Both the position numbers and the translations under genes were made by a program. The notes beneath the pieces are model-generated. The model was not told the DNA's origin. It searched no databases and saw nothing but the letters and a program-made list of their open reading frames with translations. Positions 28,470 to 38,614 of a stretch of 61,779 nucleotides of DNA are shown piece after piece (position 1 is the stretch's first letter; each line of letters starts with the position of its first letter). The stretch lies in the IMG/VR virus record IMGVR_UViG_3300023246_000570, positions 1-61,779 of that record; one strand, 5' to 3'. The stretch comes from a virus. Lineage: Duplodnaviria; Caudoviricetes.

Positions 28470-30098
28470 TTAATCTGATAATATATATTGCTGGTAAACT
28501 CTAAATTTACCTGCTGTTAATGCTGTTGCTCCACCAGCCAATACAACATTTACTGTTATATCTCTTGCTGCTGTTAATTTAATTGGAGTTGATTTATTAA
28601 AATCTAATTCAGTTGCTCCACCAACTCCTGCTTCTACTTTTATTGATTGCGTATAATCTGTTCCTATTGCAGATGCAATTTTAATATCTTCTGCTCCTGC
28701 CCCTACTGTCTCTACTCCTACTCCTATCGTGCAAGTGTTTCCTACGTCTGCTGTAAATGCTGTTACTACATCCATCCATGCGTTAATAATAATTGCATTA
28801 ATAGGAAGGTCTGTAGAAGAATATATTGTATGCGAACCTGCGGTTGGTTGATCTGAAAATAAAAATATTCCTGTAGAAAGTAAAATATTTTGTCCTACTC
28901 CATCTGTAGTATGTGTTACTCTATTATATAATATAGTGTCAATTAGTTCATCTGCATTTTTTAATGTTGTTGCTCCTCCGAGATAGTGAGAGCTAACAGA
29001 AGCCGTATAAGTACCATCTGCATTAAGTCCTGCTCCTGTTTCTATAGCGTCTGCTTCTACTTGTGTGCAGAAAGTATCAGCATAAGCCTTAATAGACTGT
29101 TGCGTACAAAGCTGCGTGGCACTATCAGAAGCCATAGTGTCTTCATCTAAAACTCCTGCTATAGCTGTACTTGTTCCAAGTTGCCATAATCCAGCAGTTG
29201 TAAGATTCATTATTGTAGTTGTAGCACCACCTGTTCCGTATATCCATTTTAAAGTATTGGAATCAGCACCATCTTTTTTACCTTCCCAGAAGTTTAATGT
29301 AGCTACAGCTCCAACTTGTTCTTCTAATCTCCATGACTGTTCTTCTGCTGCTGCTCCTGCTCCTGTACTTATTGCTGATAAATATGCACTTTTCTTAACT
29401 GACTCTGCTCTTATTACACAGCCCATAGTGTCCATACTATATATAAGCAGTCCATCACTCGCAGCATTAACCATGTCATGCTCCCATTTAATGTATGGGT
29501 TTAAAGCATAAGTAGCACTCTCAAGAGGCACTAATAACACTTTAGAAGTGTATGTTTCTGCACCAACTGCAAATGTGTCTGTGTTATTATATGGTCTTAC
29601 AAATCCATCTGTAGCATCTCTATAGTCTACATCAATTAATGTTATCAATTCAACAGCAGTCATAGCTATTATCCCTGCCCCTATATTTCCAACAACAGTA
29701 TTTGCTCCAATAGTTAATGCTAATGGAGTATTATCTACGTCTGCTTTTAAAATTGTATTGGCATCATACAAAGAAGTAGTTAATTTAGCATCTGCTTTTT
29801 TATCTATATTGTCCATCTCTGTTAAGATGTCTGTCAAGTTGCTTTGTAATGTAGTACCAGCAGTAAGAGTAATTATATTCGTAATAGTGGTCTTTAGCGT
29901 AATCACATCAGACTCCAATGTAGTTGTAGGGGTTTTGTCCCACAAAGTTTTTAATGTAGTCGCAATATTTGTTAATGCTTCATTTAGATTAGCTGCTGGT
30001 GTTATGATAGCAGGAAATGCTGGTGCATCAATATGATTTACATCACTTGTAAATATATCATCTAATAATCCTTGTCTTACTCCTCCGCAGTCTGGCAT
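28470..30098 (-). CDS. Virion structural/tail fibre protein
   Basis: LDEDTMASDSATQLCTQQSIKAY fibre motif and a C-terminal LTAGKFRVY beta domain. Confidence 0.7.
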   Translation of the reverse strand: MPDCGGVRQGLLDDIFTSDVNHIDAPAFPAIITPAANLNEALTNIATTLKTLWDKTPTTTLESDVITLKTTITNIITLTAGTTLQSNLTDILTEMDNIDKKADAKLTTSLYDANTILKADVDNTPLALTIGANTVVGNIGAGIIAMTAVELITLIDVDYRDATDGFVRPYNNTDTFAVGAETYTSKVLLVPLESATYALNPYIKWEHDMVNAASDGLLIYSMDTMGCVIRAESVKKSAYLSAISTGAGAAAEEQSWRLEEQVGAVATLNFWEGKKDGADSNTLKWIYGTGGATTTIMNLTTAGLWQLGTSTAIAGVLDEDTMASDSATQLCTQQSIKAYADTFCTQVEADAIETGAGLNADGTYTASVSSHYLGGATTLKNADELIDTILYNRVTHTTDGVGQNILLSTGIFLFSDQPTAGSHTIYSSTDLPINAIIINAWMDVVTAFTADVGNTCTIGVGVETVGAGAEDIKIASAIGTDYTQSIKVEAGVGGATELDFNKSTPIKLTAARDITVNVVLAGGATALTAGKFRVYQQYILSD

Positions 30099-30101
30099 AA
30101 T

Positions 30102-30326
30102 TTAACAATTTAAAGTTTTTAATAATACCGATTCTAAACATGTTATTTCTGATTCTTTGAGATAGTCTGCATTATCATTCCAAAGCAATACTTTCTCAAT
30201 TAATCTTAATATATATATGTGCATAAAATCTGTCTCGCAAGTAGTAACTCCAAATGTTTGAGTTAACTCATACTTATGACATTTAGTTGCCATACTCGCT
30301 GTTCCTATATTTCGTGCTGTACTCAT
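30102..30326 (-). CDS. Small structural-operon protein
   Basis: Tightly coupled ORF in the operon. Confidence 0.55.
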   Translation of the reverse strand: MSTARNIGTASMATKCHKYELTQTFGVTTCETDFMHIYILRLIEKVLLWNDNADYLKESEITCLESVLLKTLNC

Positions 30327-30327
30327 C

Positions 30328-31092
30328 TTAATCGCAACAATTACAAATTGTATTTCCTGAATTTATTAAATCTGTTATTTGCCCCCAACTTTCCGACTCT
30401 ACCAATTCGTCAATAGCTGCAAGTATAACATCAAGTCTCATAGCTTTTCTAAAAGTAGAATTTTCACACAATATTTCATCATCACAAATAACATTTAATT
30501 CTTGACAGCTTGCCTGTACTAATTTATCTGCAAGGCATTGGTCTAAAACACACGTTACTGCTATTCTTTCAGTAATATTATATTTAGCTTCAACATCATC
30601 TTCATCTGTTACTTCTACCCAATAAGCTGTTTCTGTTTTAGGGTCTTTATTTGTTCCTGTAGCTAATGCCTCGTAAATAGCATAAGGAAAACCTCCAACA
30701 GCAACAACAATATCTACCACAACTGTATCTCCAAGTTCGTATGTATATGCTGCTCCCCAATAAGGAATTGTTAATAAGTTTACGACATAGACACCATCAG
30801 TGCCATCATAAGCATACAGCGTAGGAATTGGTGGATATAATAATGGGTCAACATAAGTGCTTGGAGTGTTAATGGCTTCGTCTCTTGGGACAGTAGTTGA
30901 AAAATCATAAGTAGTAGCGTCTGGATTTGTTACTGTTATTTTTTTGTAAGCAGAGAATTGTGCTAACTGATTCCCTGATTCAGTAGAAGCTATGTAATTA
31001 GACCAATCGTTAATAGTTATATTAGTGCCATCACAACTTAAACCTACTATACTGGTTGTCGGATTCGTTAAACTTGCTGCAAAATCTGCCAT
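30328..31092 (-). CDS. Structural protein (tail hub-like, tentative)
   Basis: First gene of the fibre operon; WGAAYTYELGDTV carbohydrate-binding-like segment and Cys-rich end (CNCCD). Confidence 0.55.
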   Translation of the reverse strand: MADFAASLTNPTTSIVGLSCDGTNITINDWSNYIASTESGNQLAQFSAYKKITVTNPDATTYDFSTTVPRDEAINTPSTYVDPLLYPPIPTLYAYDGTDGVYVVNLLTIPYWGAAYTYELGDTVVVDIVVAVGGFPYAIYEALATGTNKDPKTETAYWVEVTDEDDVEAKYNITERIAVTCVLDQCLADKLVQASCQELNVICDDEILCENSTFRKAMRLDVILAAIDELVESESWGQITDLINSGNTICNCCD

Positions 31093-31484
31093 ATCATTCT
31101 AATTTTTTATTAGAACAAATATAAACATTTTTTTTAATTTATAGTACTTTTTTAAATATATTTTTTGATTTTTATTATATCTTTCTGAAATAGTGTTAAA
31201 TAGTTATTTATAATTGTTCTTGATAAGAATTATATTATCTTTGTATGTTCTTTGAAACAATCTTGATGAAGCTAAACAATAATTGGAGGCTATGAAACTT
31301 TTTAGTGGAGTCTTAAATGGGGTTTCCCTAATCAATTGGTAACAACAAACCGAAGTTGTGCGTTTAGTGGATTGGTGAAATTATAGTCAACAAACGGGTG
31401 GCAAATTACCCGACCTTGACGAAGTTTGTAGTTCACTCTTTGGTAAAGCGAGATTGTTTTAAGGAATGTTTAAAATTTAAAATT

Positions 31485-31793
31485 ATGGCAAACGAATGGA
31501 TTGGAAAATGCTTTAAAAAAACTGAAACACGAAGTTATCCAAATTGGATAACATCAGTGTATGTATATGATGTTGACATCCCAACAGGAAAATTAAAAAT
31601 AATTACTGTTAATTATCGAAGTCCATCCAATAACGAAGTAGAAATAGGTACTACAAAAAGCGTCCATCAAGATGAAATACAAATAGGCAAAATAGCAGGT
31701 GGAACAAATTTGGAAATACCAAAAGAAGAATTTATAAAAGACTACAACAAAGCAATGAAGACAATAAATGATAGGTATAATAAAGCTAATTAA
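31485..31793 (+). CDS. Accessory hypothetical protein (start revised to MANEW)
   Basis: AAAATTATG leader; runs opposite to its neighbours; stop lies inside the motif at 31786. Confidence 0.65.
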   Translation: MANEWIGKCFKKTETRSYPNWITSVYVYDVDIPTGKLKIITVNYRSPSNNEVEIGTTKSVHQDEIQIGKIAGGTNLEIPKEEFIKDYNKAMKTINDRYNKAN

Positions 31794-31811
31794 CACTATC
31801 TCAAATAAAAA

Positions 31812-34800
31812 TTACTGAAACTCTTTTAAATATTCTCCACTTTCTTTTTCTTCTTTTTCTCTTTCCTCATCTCTCTTCTCTCTTTCCTCTTCTGTGAGAT
31901 ATACTTTCTTTTTGTCAAAAGGACTAACATATTTATAGATGCTCGGAGTTCCATGTCCTGTAGCTGCACCACCTGCATTTGAAATAAATTTACCTATAGC
32001 ATTTTTCTTATCGTTAGGTAGTTTTTCAAAATCTTCAATACTTGTTATTTTATAATCAACAAATATTTTTATTGCCTTACCCATATCGCTTACTATTTCA
32101 TTTGCAATTTGAAGTGTAGGTACAAGCGAATTGTTTCTATAGTATTCACCCTTTACTTTTGATTCTACCGTTTCCTTTATACTTTTCGCAACAGGAGAAC
32201 CTTGCAATATTCCAGTTATTGCAACATCCATCATTTCTGACCTTTCAAACATTTTTTCAAATTCTTCCTCTGTTGCTTTTTCAAATTCATCAGTTTCGCC
32301 TCTTAATAATGCAGCGGTTATAGAACCAGTAAACATACCTGCAACAGTCTTCCACATTAATGGTTGAATGTAGCCATAATATCCTATCTGTTTAATCCCT
32401 GCGATTCTTTCAGCAGTCTTGGCAGATTTAGAAAACGCAATCCTTACTCCCTCTCTAAAATTCTGTCCCATCTGAATAGGTGCAGAAACATAAGGAAATA
32501 TTGAACCAAATTTACCTATTTGCCATGAAGATAATAGGTGTGGAGCACCAGCAGGTTGCTGTACTCTGTGTCCTTCCATCATTGCTTCTTCAAACGCCTT
32601 TCCTCTTGCTTCTTCTTTTGGCATATTTTTTTGGTATCTTTCAAATAAAATATCAAAATTAGGTTTTATTCCTATAAACGCAGATATATCACCAACTTTA
32701 ACAGGAAGCGACTCAATTTCTTTTAAAAATTTATTAAATATTTTAAATCTCTCCATAACGGTCAATGGTACTCCCATCCACTTATTAGAATATTTTTGCA
32801 TCACATCAAGAACAGGTGAATCTTTTAAATAATTTATAATATGTGGGTCATGTCCTGACGTTAATCTCATCCATGCCATATCGCTTTTTGCAAATGCTTT
32901 GGCAAAATCTCCATACGTTCTTGGGTCTGCTAATCTTAAAGCATATAATGGCTCAGATAAAGCAGAACTTATAATATTGCCATTCTCTGCCATAAGTTTA
33001 TTAAAATGTGTTGTTGAATTTGCAAAAGACGAAACCTGCTTAGGTAAAAGACTTAGGTTTCCTACAATTTTTGATATAACAGCATTGTTAAGTAGCTTTA
33101 TGCCAAAATATTTCTGCTGTACTCCTTCGGGATAATTGGCATATAATTTGTCCATAGATTTTAATATCTTATTTCCAAATGGTATATGTTTTTTAATAGA
33201 ATTTCTTACGTCTGTATTTCTGTAAATGTAATTCCACTTCTCATTAACCTTGCCGTATGCGTTCCATTTAGTAGCATTTTCAAAAGCATTACGATAAGTT
33301 TTATAAATATCAACTCCTTTTAATTTAATCTCTCTTGGATTTGCTCTGTTAAATACTGTTCCTGGTATTAGACTTTTCTTTTCAACTTCTCCTTTTCTCA
33401 TTTGTTTCTGTCCTTGAATTGCCTCTCGTTGTATATAGTTTTCCATATTAAACATATCCTTACCAAACTTTCTTTTATAGGGTTCGTTTAATATTTTATA
33501 TAATTCAGGATTTGCAACATCGACCATAAAGTCTGATAAAGATTTTAGATTCTTATTCTCATTAAGTATATTCTCACAATGTTGTTTTAAATCTTGTACT
33601 GATTCAGAAGACAGTATCTTTTCAACTATCTTTACGTTTTCAGCATTTCTTAATACCATATTGATATATACAATATCATTATAACTCATTTTGTTATAAT
33701 CTGTAACTACCGTACCTTCATTAGTTAATATGTCTTCCTTAACACCCAAGTCTTTTTTCTCTGTAAAGAACCCACGTTTTTCTTTTGACCCTATGAGTTT
33801 CTTTTTTATCAGTCCTTCATGTTCGCTTAAAGCAGATTCCATTTGTTTAACAACAAGACCGGTTCGTCTTTCTAATTCAGCATACTTCATGTATGAGCTA
33901 TCAAGGTCTTTATCCAACTTCATTACTTCTGCTCGCTTTTTAGAATCCCTTACGGTATATTCTAATAGTCCCCTCATATTTTCAAATGGTATATTTAATC
34001 CTTTTGCCACATTTAAACTAAATCTTGAAACAGGTTCAACTTGTTTTGTTTTTAGTTCTGCTTCTCTGCCAATTATTTTCTCTATTTCTAATTTTTTCTT
34101 AGTAATAGTCTTAGAATTATTTTCAACAACATTTATCTTTTTGATAAACTTTTCTTTTTTTCTTTTCGATAATTCTGAATCAGTAATATTCTTTCTTAAA
34201 TTATCGTATGCTTCTTTTGGAGATGCCAATAATTCATTATCAAATTGATTTATCATTTCATCTCTTGCAAATTCACTCTCTGTCTTTGTTGCATCAATAA
34301 CATTTTGTCTTTCTTGTTTTCGTTCTTCTATTTCTGCTTTGATCTGCTCACGTCTCTCCTTTGCAGATTTTAAACTTGCTTGTTCAAGTTCACTTATGCT
34401 ATCCATCTTCTCTTTAGCCTCCTCAAACAACCTTTTTCTTTTTTCATATTCCTTCTTTGGAGTATTCTTATATTCTTCTATTGTATTTTTTAACTCTCTT
34501 ATGCTGTTGCCTGTTTCCTGTAATTGCATATCAAACATCAATAGTTCATCAACAGCAGTCTCTTTTTCTAATCCTTCCTTCTTACTAATAGCATCATCAA
34601 CTAATTGCTCCCTCTTTGAATTTAGTACTTCTGAATATTCTGGAGTATCTTCAAGTTTTTTTGCTGTATCAATGTATTCATTAATCTTACCTATTATTTC
34701 TGCGTATTCAACTGTCTTTACTGCAAAATCAACTTTTCTCTTTTCGCCTATATTTTTCTCTTTACCAACAGCAAGTATATCATTGAATCTTTTCTCAATA

Positions 34801-37800
34801 TTTTTAAAACCTTCACTTACTGTCCTCTCTCCAGTTGCTTTATTAACTATGTTCCCAATTTTTTCTATTACATTATTTATTCCTTCTTGTGTTGTTTTAG
34901 GACTATTGATAGCTCTTAATATAGATGTTATATTAACTCCTTCTAATTTTCTTAATTCTTTTGCATTGGCACTTATCCATTCAGAATATACATCTCTATT
35001 GTATCGCTTCCATAAATCTTTAGTCTTTTGCTTATCTCTTGTTGCCTCTATTTTTTTCTTATATTTTTCAGTTATCTTATTTATCTTATCTTTAGTTTCT
35101 TTAGCAATATCTAACTCCTGCATTTTTAACCATACATCAGCAGATTTTTTAACATCTGCCTCTACAGCTTTCTCAACCGTTTTATATACCTCTGGCTGTG
35201 TGAGTGCTATTTTCAATGCTTCATATTCCTGGATGAGTTCTTTTGGTTTGCCTTCTACTGTTTTCTCAATGTCTTTTTGTATTTCTGTCTTAGTTGGTTT
35301 AGTTTCTAACTTCTTGGCAAAATCTCTTTTAATATCAAACTCATCTTTAATAGCTTTTTTAGTTTCATTTTTATTAAGTAATGCTAAGATTTCACCTTTC
35401 ATTGTTGGGTCAGTAATATTTTTATCTACCCACTCTCTTACCTTTTCATACACCTCCGATACCTTTACCATAGACATATCGTATGCTCCAGAAGCAATCT
35501 TTTTTAACGCATCAACAACTTCTGTTCTCTTCTCTCCTGTCAAATCAAGTTTACCACCAAAAGCACTCATTATATCATCAAGTCCTTCTGCCATTTGCTC
35601 TTTTCCCTTTTCGTATTTCTCCCCACGTTTAAGTATTTTCTCTACACTATCAAATACAGCATCATGTTCTTGGTCTGTTTTCCATAACCAACCTAACTCT
35701 TCTTTTTTCTCCTTTATATTTTCAAGTGTTATATTTTCCTTTTCAATAATACTCTCTGCTTGTGTCCTATTATTCTCTGATACTATTTCTAATATACCTT
35801 CCTCAGTACCCTCTTTTTTCTTCGTTAGTTCCAATGTTTCTTTAAACTCTTTTAATGGAGCATCTTTAGTTTGATAAGATACTCCCGAACCTTGTGATAC
35901 TTCTACATAACCCTTTTTATCCCATTGTTCTATTCTATCCAATACTTCTTTAGCTTCTTCTGTTGGTCTGTTCTCTGCTATATCTTTTAATCCTTTCTTA
36001 ACAGATGATTTTGATAAACCACCAAAAGATACTCCTGTTAATACGTCTTCATCTATTTTAACTTTCTCGTTAAATGTTTCATATAAATCTTGTACTTCCT
36101 TTTTCTTTTCTGAAATAGCGACATAATCTTTTGCTACTTGCTCTCCTAATGATGTGCGATTAACTTTCTTACCTTCTTTTGTTAATTTAATCTCTGTGCT
36201 ATAAGAAGTAATTTTCTGCTCATCAAATCCTGCATCACGTATCTTCTTGCTTAATCTTGGATGTTCTATTTTACGCTTGGAAACAGTTAAAGCATTGTAC
36301 TTCTCTACATCTGTTATTAAATCATTCTTTGTTTCTTCTTCTTTGGTTAACTCTTTTTCTTTTATCTCTTGTAGCTTAACAGGTTCTTTCTTTTCAGTAA
36401 CTTTTTCTTTTTCCGAAATAGTCTTAGATAGCTCTTCTTTAGGCTTAATAGGTTCTTCTTTAGGCTTAATAGGTTCTTCTTTAGGTTTCGCAGGTTCTTC
36501 TTTAGGTTTAATAGGTTCTTTAGTTTCCAATGGCTTAGCTTCGGGATATAGTTTATTGCTTAATTCTTCCTGCTTAACTTTTAATTCTTCATTTATTTTA
36601 TCTGTTTCTACTTTCTTAACAGAATCATCAAGATAAGTATTTTCTTCAATCACTTGTTTCTGATTTTCTAAATCATTAATTTCATCTGTAGTCTTGCCTG
36701 TTTTTGCTTTAGTATCTTCTGCAACTGTTTTATTAACTTTATCAATAATTAAATTCTTAGCTTCCGGAGACTCATTGCTTTCTTTTACATTCTTTATTAT
36801 CTCTGCTGAATTATCAACAACACTTTGATTTATGATTTTATTATCAGCTATTCCATCTGCAACTTTTGCTGCTAAAATTAATTCTTTTTGTTTTTGCTTA
36901 TTAGTTTCTTTGCCTGCTTCTTCTCTTAATTCAAACGCTTTTTTTCTTAACTCAATAGGACTGCTTTTTGTTTCTCTTACTATAATTTCATTTTCAGGAG
37001 TAGACGACAACCACCTTCCCCACATCTTCTCTTGCCTATTTTCTAAAATTTTCAATTGCTCTAATTCGCTTAATTTTGGAACACTTTTTACATCCATTCC
37101 TTTAAGAAAAGTACTTTTAACCTTTTTTGTAGCTATATCTTTGCCTCCCAATGCTAATCCTGTAGCACCTGCATCATACACGCCATCCCAATCAACCACT
37201 TCTCCGTATTCCAATATTTGCTCTGCTGCTGTCTCCCCTCCAAATAATCCAGCCAATGAAACATGGGATGATATTTCCCCTAATATTGGCTTCTTAGTTC
37301 CCTTGATTACCGCTTGTCCTAATTTCCCCGATACTCCGCTAAGCATATATAATATCCCTGCATCTTTTGCTCCTTTTAAAGCACCTGTTTCGTATTCTTT
37401 AAATTTTTCAAATATTGGTTTTCCCTCATTTTCTGCTTCTCCGTATGCACGAAAACCTCCAGAGCCAGTCATATATGCAAACATTGATGGCACACTCGCA
37501 AGCCCCGTAACACCTTTTAATACACCAATTCCTAATCCAAAACTTCCCATTATATGCTCAACAGAACCAACAGCTCTGCCTATAACCGTATTCGGATTAT
37601 CAAGCCATTGTTTTGATTGTCCCTTCATCCAATTACTTAATTGCCATAATGGTCTTTCTTCTTTAGCAGCTTTACCATAATTCTTATTTAACTCCTGCCA
37701 ATATTCAGGCTTATCTGATTTTTTCTTTTCATACCCCAATCCTATCGCTTCACCGCCTTCTATTAATATATCACCAAGCATTACAGACATTCCATCTAAA

Positions 37801-38612
37801 GCATCAACATTTTCAGCAACACCAAGTCCTACATTCCTAAACAGTCCCTGTATATAACTACTTGGACTATCAGGCTTCATATTGTCTATTGCTTCTTGTA
37901 ATCCTTCTGCTTGTCCCATTACAGATTGATACTCTTCTTCCGAAGCAGCATTAGAAGCAACTTCCATTAATACATCTTGTTGTTTTTTTAGGGAGATAGT
38001 CTGAGTTCGTTTTATTTCAGCTTTCTCTTTTAATAACTCAGTCTTTTCTTCTTTACCTTCTGCTATGTATGGATTTAATACATCTAATGATTTTTGATTT
38101 TCCACTAATACGCCTGCTCTGAAATCTATTTTTTCTTGTTCATCTCTTGCTATTTTAGCCAACTCTCCTTCTGTGCGTATAGGTTTTTTCTCTAATGCTT
38201 TTGATTGTAATTCGGGAGACAGCTTTTTAAACGAAGTGTAATCCACAAATTGTTGTTGAGTTTCCTCTACTTGTTCTGGAGTTACTGCCTCCATTTGTCT
38301 TACTAACTCAGGAACAGCAGGAGGTATTTCAGGTTTTGAGATAGAAGGGGTTTCTAATGCCACTCCTTCTGAAACAGTCGCAGAAACTTTTCCAGTAGCT
38401 CCTGAAATTTTGTCTTTTTTTTTTAAGTCAGAGAAATACTTTTCATTAAACTCAACATACGAATTTGTATATTTTTTATCTTTGATAAGTCCATCATACA
38501 AGATTTTGCGATTACCTTCGTCTGAAAACTTTGCATTAAAATCATCATACGTTTTAGTATAATCTCCATCGTCAACTAATCCACGATGTAGTTTTTTTCT
38601 TTCATCTTTCAT
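31812..38612 (-). CDS. Giant (2266 aa) probable internal virion/ejection protein
   Basis: Large K/E-rich helical protein with a Gly-rich amphipathic region, following two other ejection-like genes; no RNA polymerase catalytic motif seen. Confidence 0.65.
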   Translation of the reverse strand: MKDERKKLHRGLVDDGDYTKTYDDFNAKFSDEGNRKILYDGLIKDKKYTNSYVEFNEKYFSDLKKKDKISGATGKVSATVSEGVALETPSISKPEIPPAVPELVRQMEAVTPEQVEETQQQFVDYTSFKKLSPELQSKALEKKPIRTEGELAKIARDEQEKIDFRAGVLVENQKSLDVLNPYIAEGKEEKTELLKEKAEIKRTQTISLKKQQDVLMEVASNAASEEEYQSVMGQAEGLQEAIDNMKPDSPSSYIQGLFRNVGLGVAENVDALDGMSVMLGDILIEGGEAIGLGYEKKKSDKPEYWQELNKNYGKAAKEERPLWQLSNWMKGQSKQWLDNPNTVIGRAVGSVEHIMGSFGLGIGVLKGVTGLASVPSMFAYMTGSGGFRAYGEAENEGKPIFEKFKEYETGALKGAKDAGILYMLSGVSGKLGQAVIKGTKKPILGEISSHVSLAGLFGGETAAEQILEYGEVVDWDGVYDAGATGLALGGKDIATKKVKSTFLKGMDVKSVPKLSELEQLKILENRQEKMWGRWLSSTPENEIIVRETKSSPIELRKKAFELREEAGKETNKQKQKELILAAKVADGIADNKIINQSVVDNSAEIIKNVKESNESPEAKNLIIDKVNKTVAEDTKAKTGKTTDEINDLENQKQVIEENTYLDDSVKKVETDKINEELKVKQEELSNKLYPEAKPLETKEPIKPKEEPAKPKEEPIKPKEEPIKPKEELSKTISEKEKVTEKKEPVKLQEIKEKELTKEEETKNDLITDVEKYNALTVSKRKIEHPRLSKKIRDAGFDEQKITSYSTEIKLTKEGKKVNRTSLGEQVAKDYVAISEKKKEVQDLYETFNEKVKIDEDVLTGVSFGGLSKSSVKKGLKDIAENRPTEEAKEVLDRIEQWDKKGYVEVSQGSGVSYQTKDAPLKEFKETLELTKKKEGTEEGILEIVSENNRTQAESIIEKENITLENIKEKKEELGWLWKTDQEHDAVFDSVEKILKRGEKYEKGKEQMAEGLDDIMSAFGGKLDLTGEKRTEVVDALKKIASGAYDMSMVKVSEVYEKVREWVDKNITDPTMKGEILALLNKNETKKAIKDEFDIKRDFAKKLETKPTKTEIQKDIEKTVEGKPKELIQEYEALKIALTQPEVYKTVEKAVEADVKKSADVWLKMQELDIAKETKDKINKITEKYKKKIEATRDKQKTKDLWKRYNRDVYSEWISANAKELRKLEGVNITSILRAINSPKTTQEGINNVIEKIGNIVNKATGERTVSEGFKNIEKRFNDILAVGKEKNIGEKRKVDFAVKTVEYAEIIGKINEYIDTAKKLEDTPEYSEVLNSKREQLVDDAISKKEGLEKETAVDELLMFDMQLQETGNSIRELKNTIEEYKNTPKKEYEKRKRLFEEAKEKMDSISELEQASLKSAKERREQIKAEIEERKQERQNVIDATKTESEFARDEMINQFDNELLASPKEAYDNLRKNITDSELSKRKKEKFIKKINVVENNSKTITKKKLEIEKIIGREAELKTKQVEPVSRFSLNVAKGLNIPFENMRGLLEYTVRDSKKRAEVMKLDKDLDSSYMKYAELERRTGLVVKQMESALSEHEGLIKKKLIGSKEKRGFFTEKKDLGVKEDILTNEGTVVTDYNKMSYNDIVYINMVLRNAENVKIVEKILSSESVQDLKQHCENILNENKNLKSLSDFMVDVANPELYKILNEPYKRKFGKDMFNMENYIQREAIQGQKQMRKGEVEKKSLIPGTVFNRANPREIKLKGVDIYKTYRNAFENATKWNAYGKVNEKWNYIYRNTDVRNSIKKHIPFGNKILKSMDKLYANYPEGVQQKYFGIKLLNNAVISKIVGNLSLLPKQVSSFANSTTHFNKLMAENGNIISSALSEPLYALRLADPRTYGDFAKAFAKSDMAWMRLTSGHDPHIINYLKDSPVLDVMQKYSNKWMGVPLTVMERFKIFNKFLKEIESLPVKVGDISAFIGIKPNFDILFERYQKNMPKEEARGKAFEEAMMEGHRVQQPAGAPHLLSSWQIGKFGSIFPYVSAPIQMGQNFREGVRIAFSKSAKTAERIAGIKQIGYYGYIQPLMWKTVAGMFTGSITAALLRGETDEFEKATEEEFEKMFERSEMMDVAITGILQGSPVAKSIKETVESKVKGEYYRNNSLVPTLQIANEIVSDMGKAIKIFVDYKITSIEDFEKLPNDKKNAIGKFISNAGGAATGHGTPSIYKYVSPFDKKKVYLTEEEREKRDEEREKEEKESGEYLKEFQ
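36433..36520 (-). repeat. 21-bp coding tandem repeat (EPIKPKE, about 4 copies)
   Basis: Protein reads EPIKPKEEPAKPKEEPIKPKEEPIKPKEE. Confidence 0.85.
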
Positions 38613-38614
38613 AA

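Noticed and set aside
33730-37680. Long plus-strand ORFs (172, 511, 129 and 282 aa)
   Set aside because: S/F/L-rich antisense shadows of the K/E-rich 2266-aa gene.
31812-38612. crAss-type virion RNA polymerase
   Set aside because: The size is similar, but I found no DxDxD catalytic motif in a plausible context; an HMM or structure search is needed.
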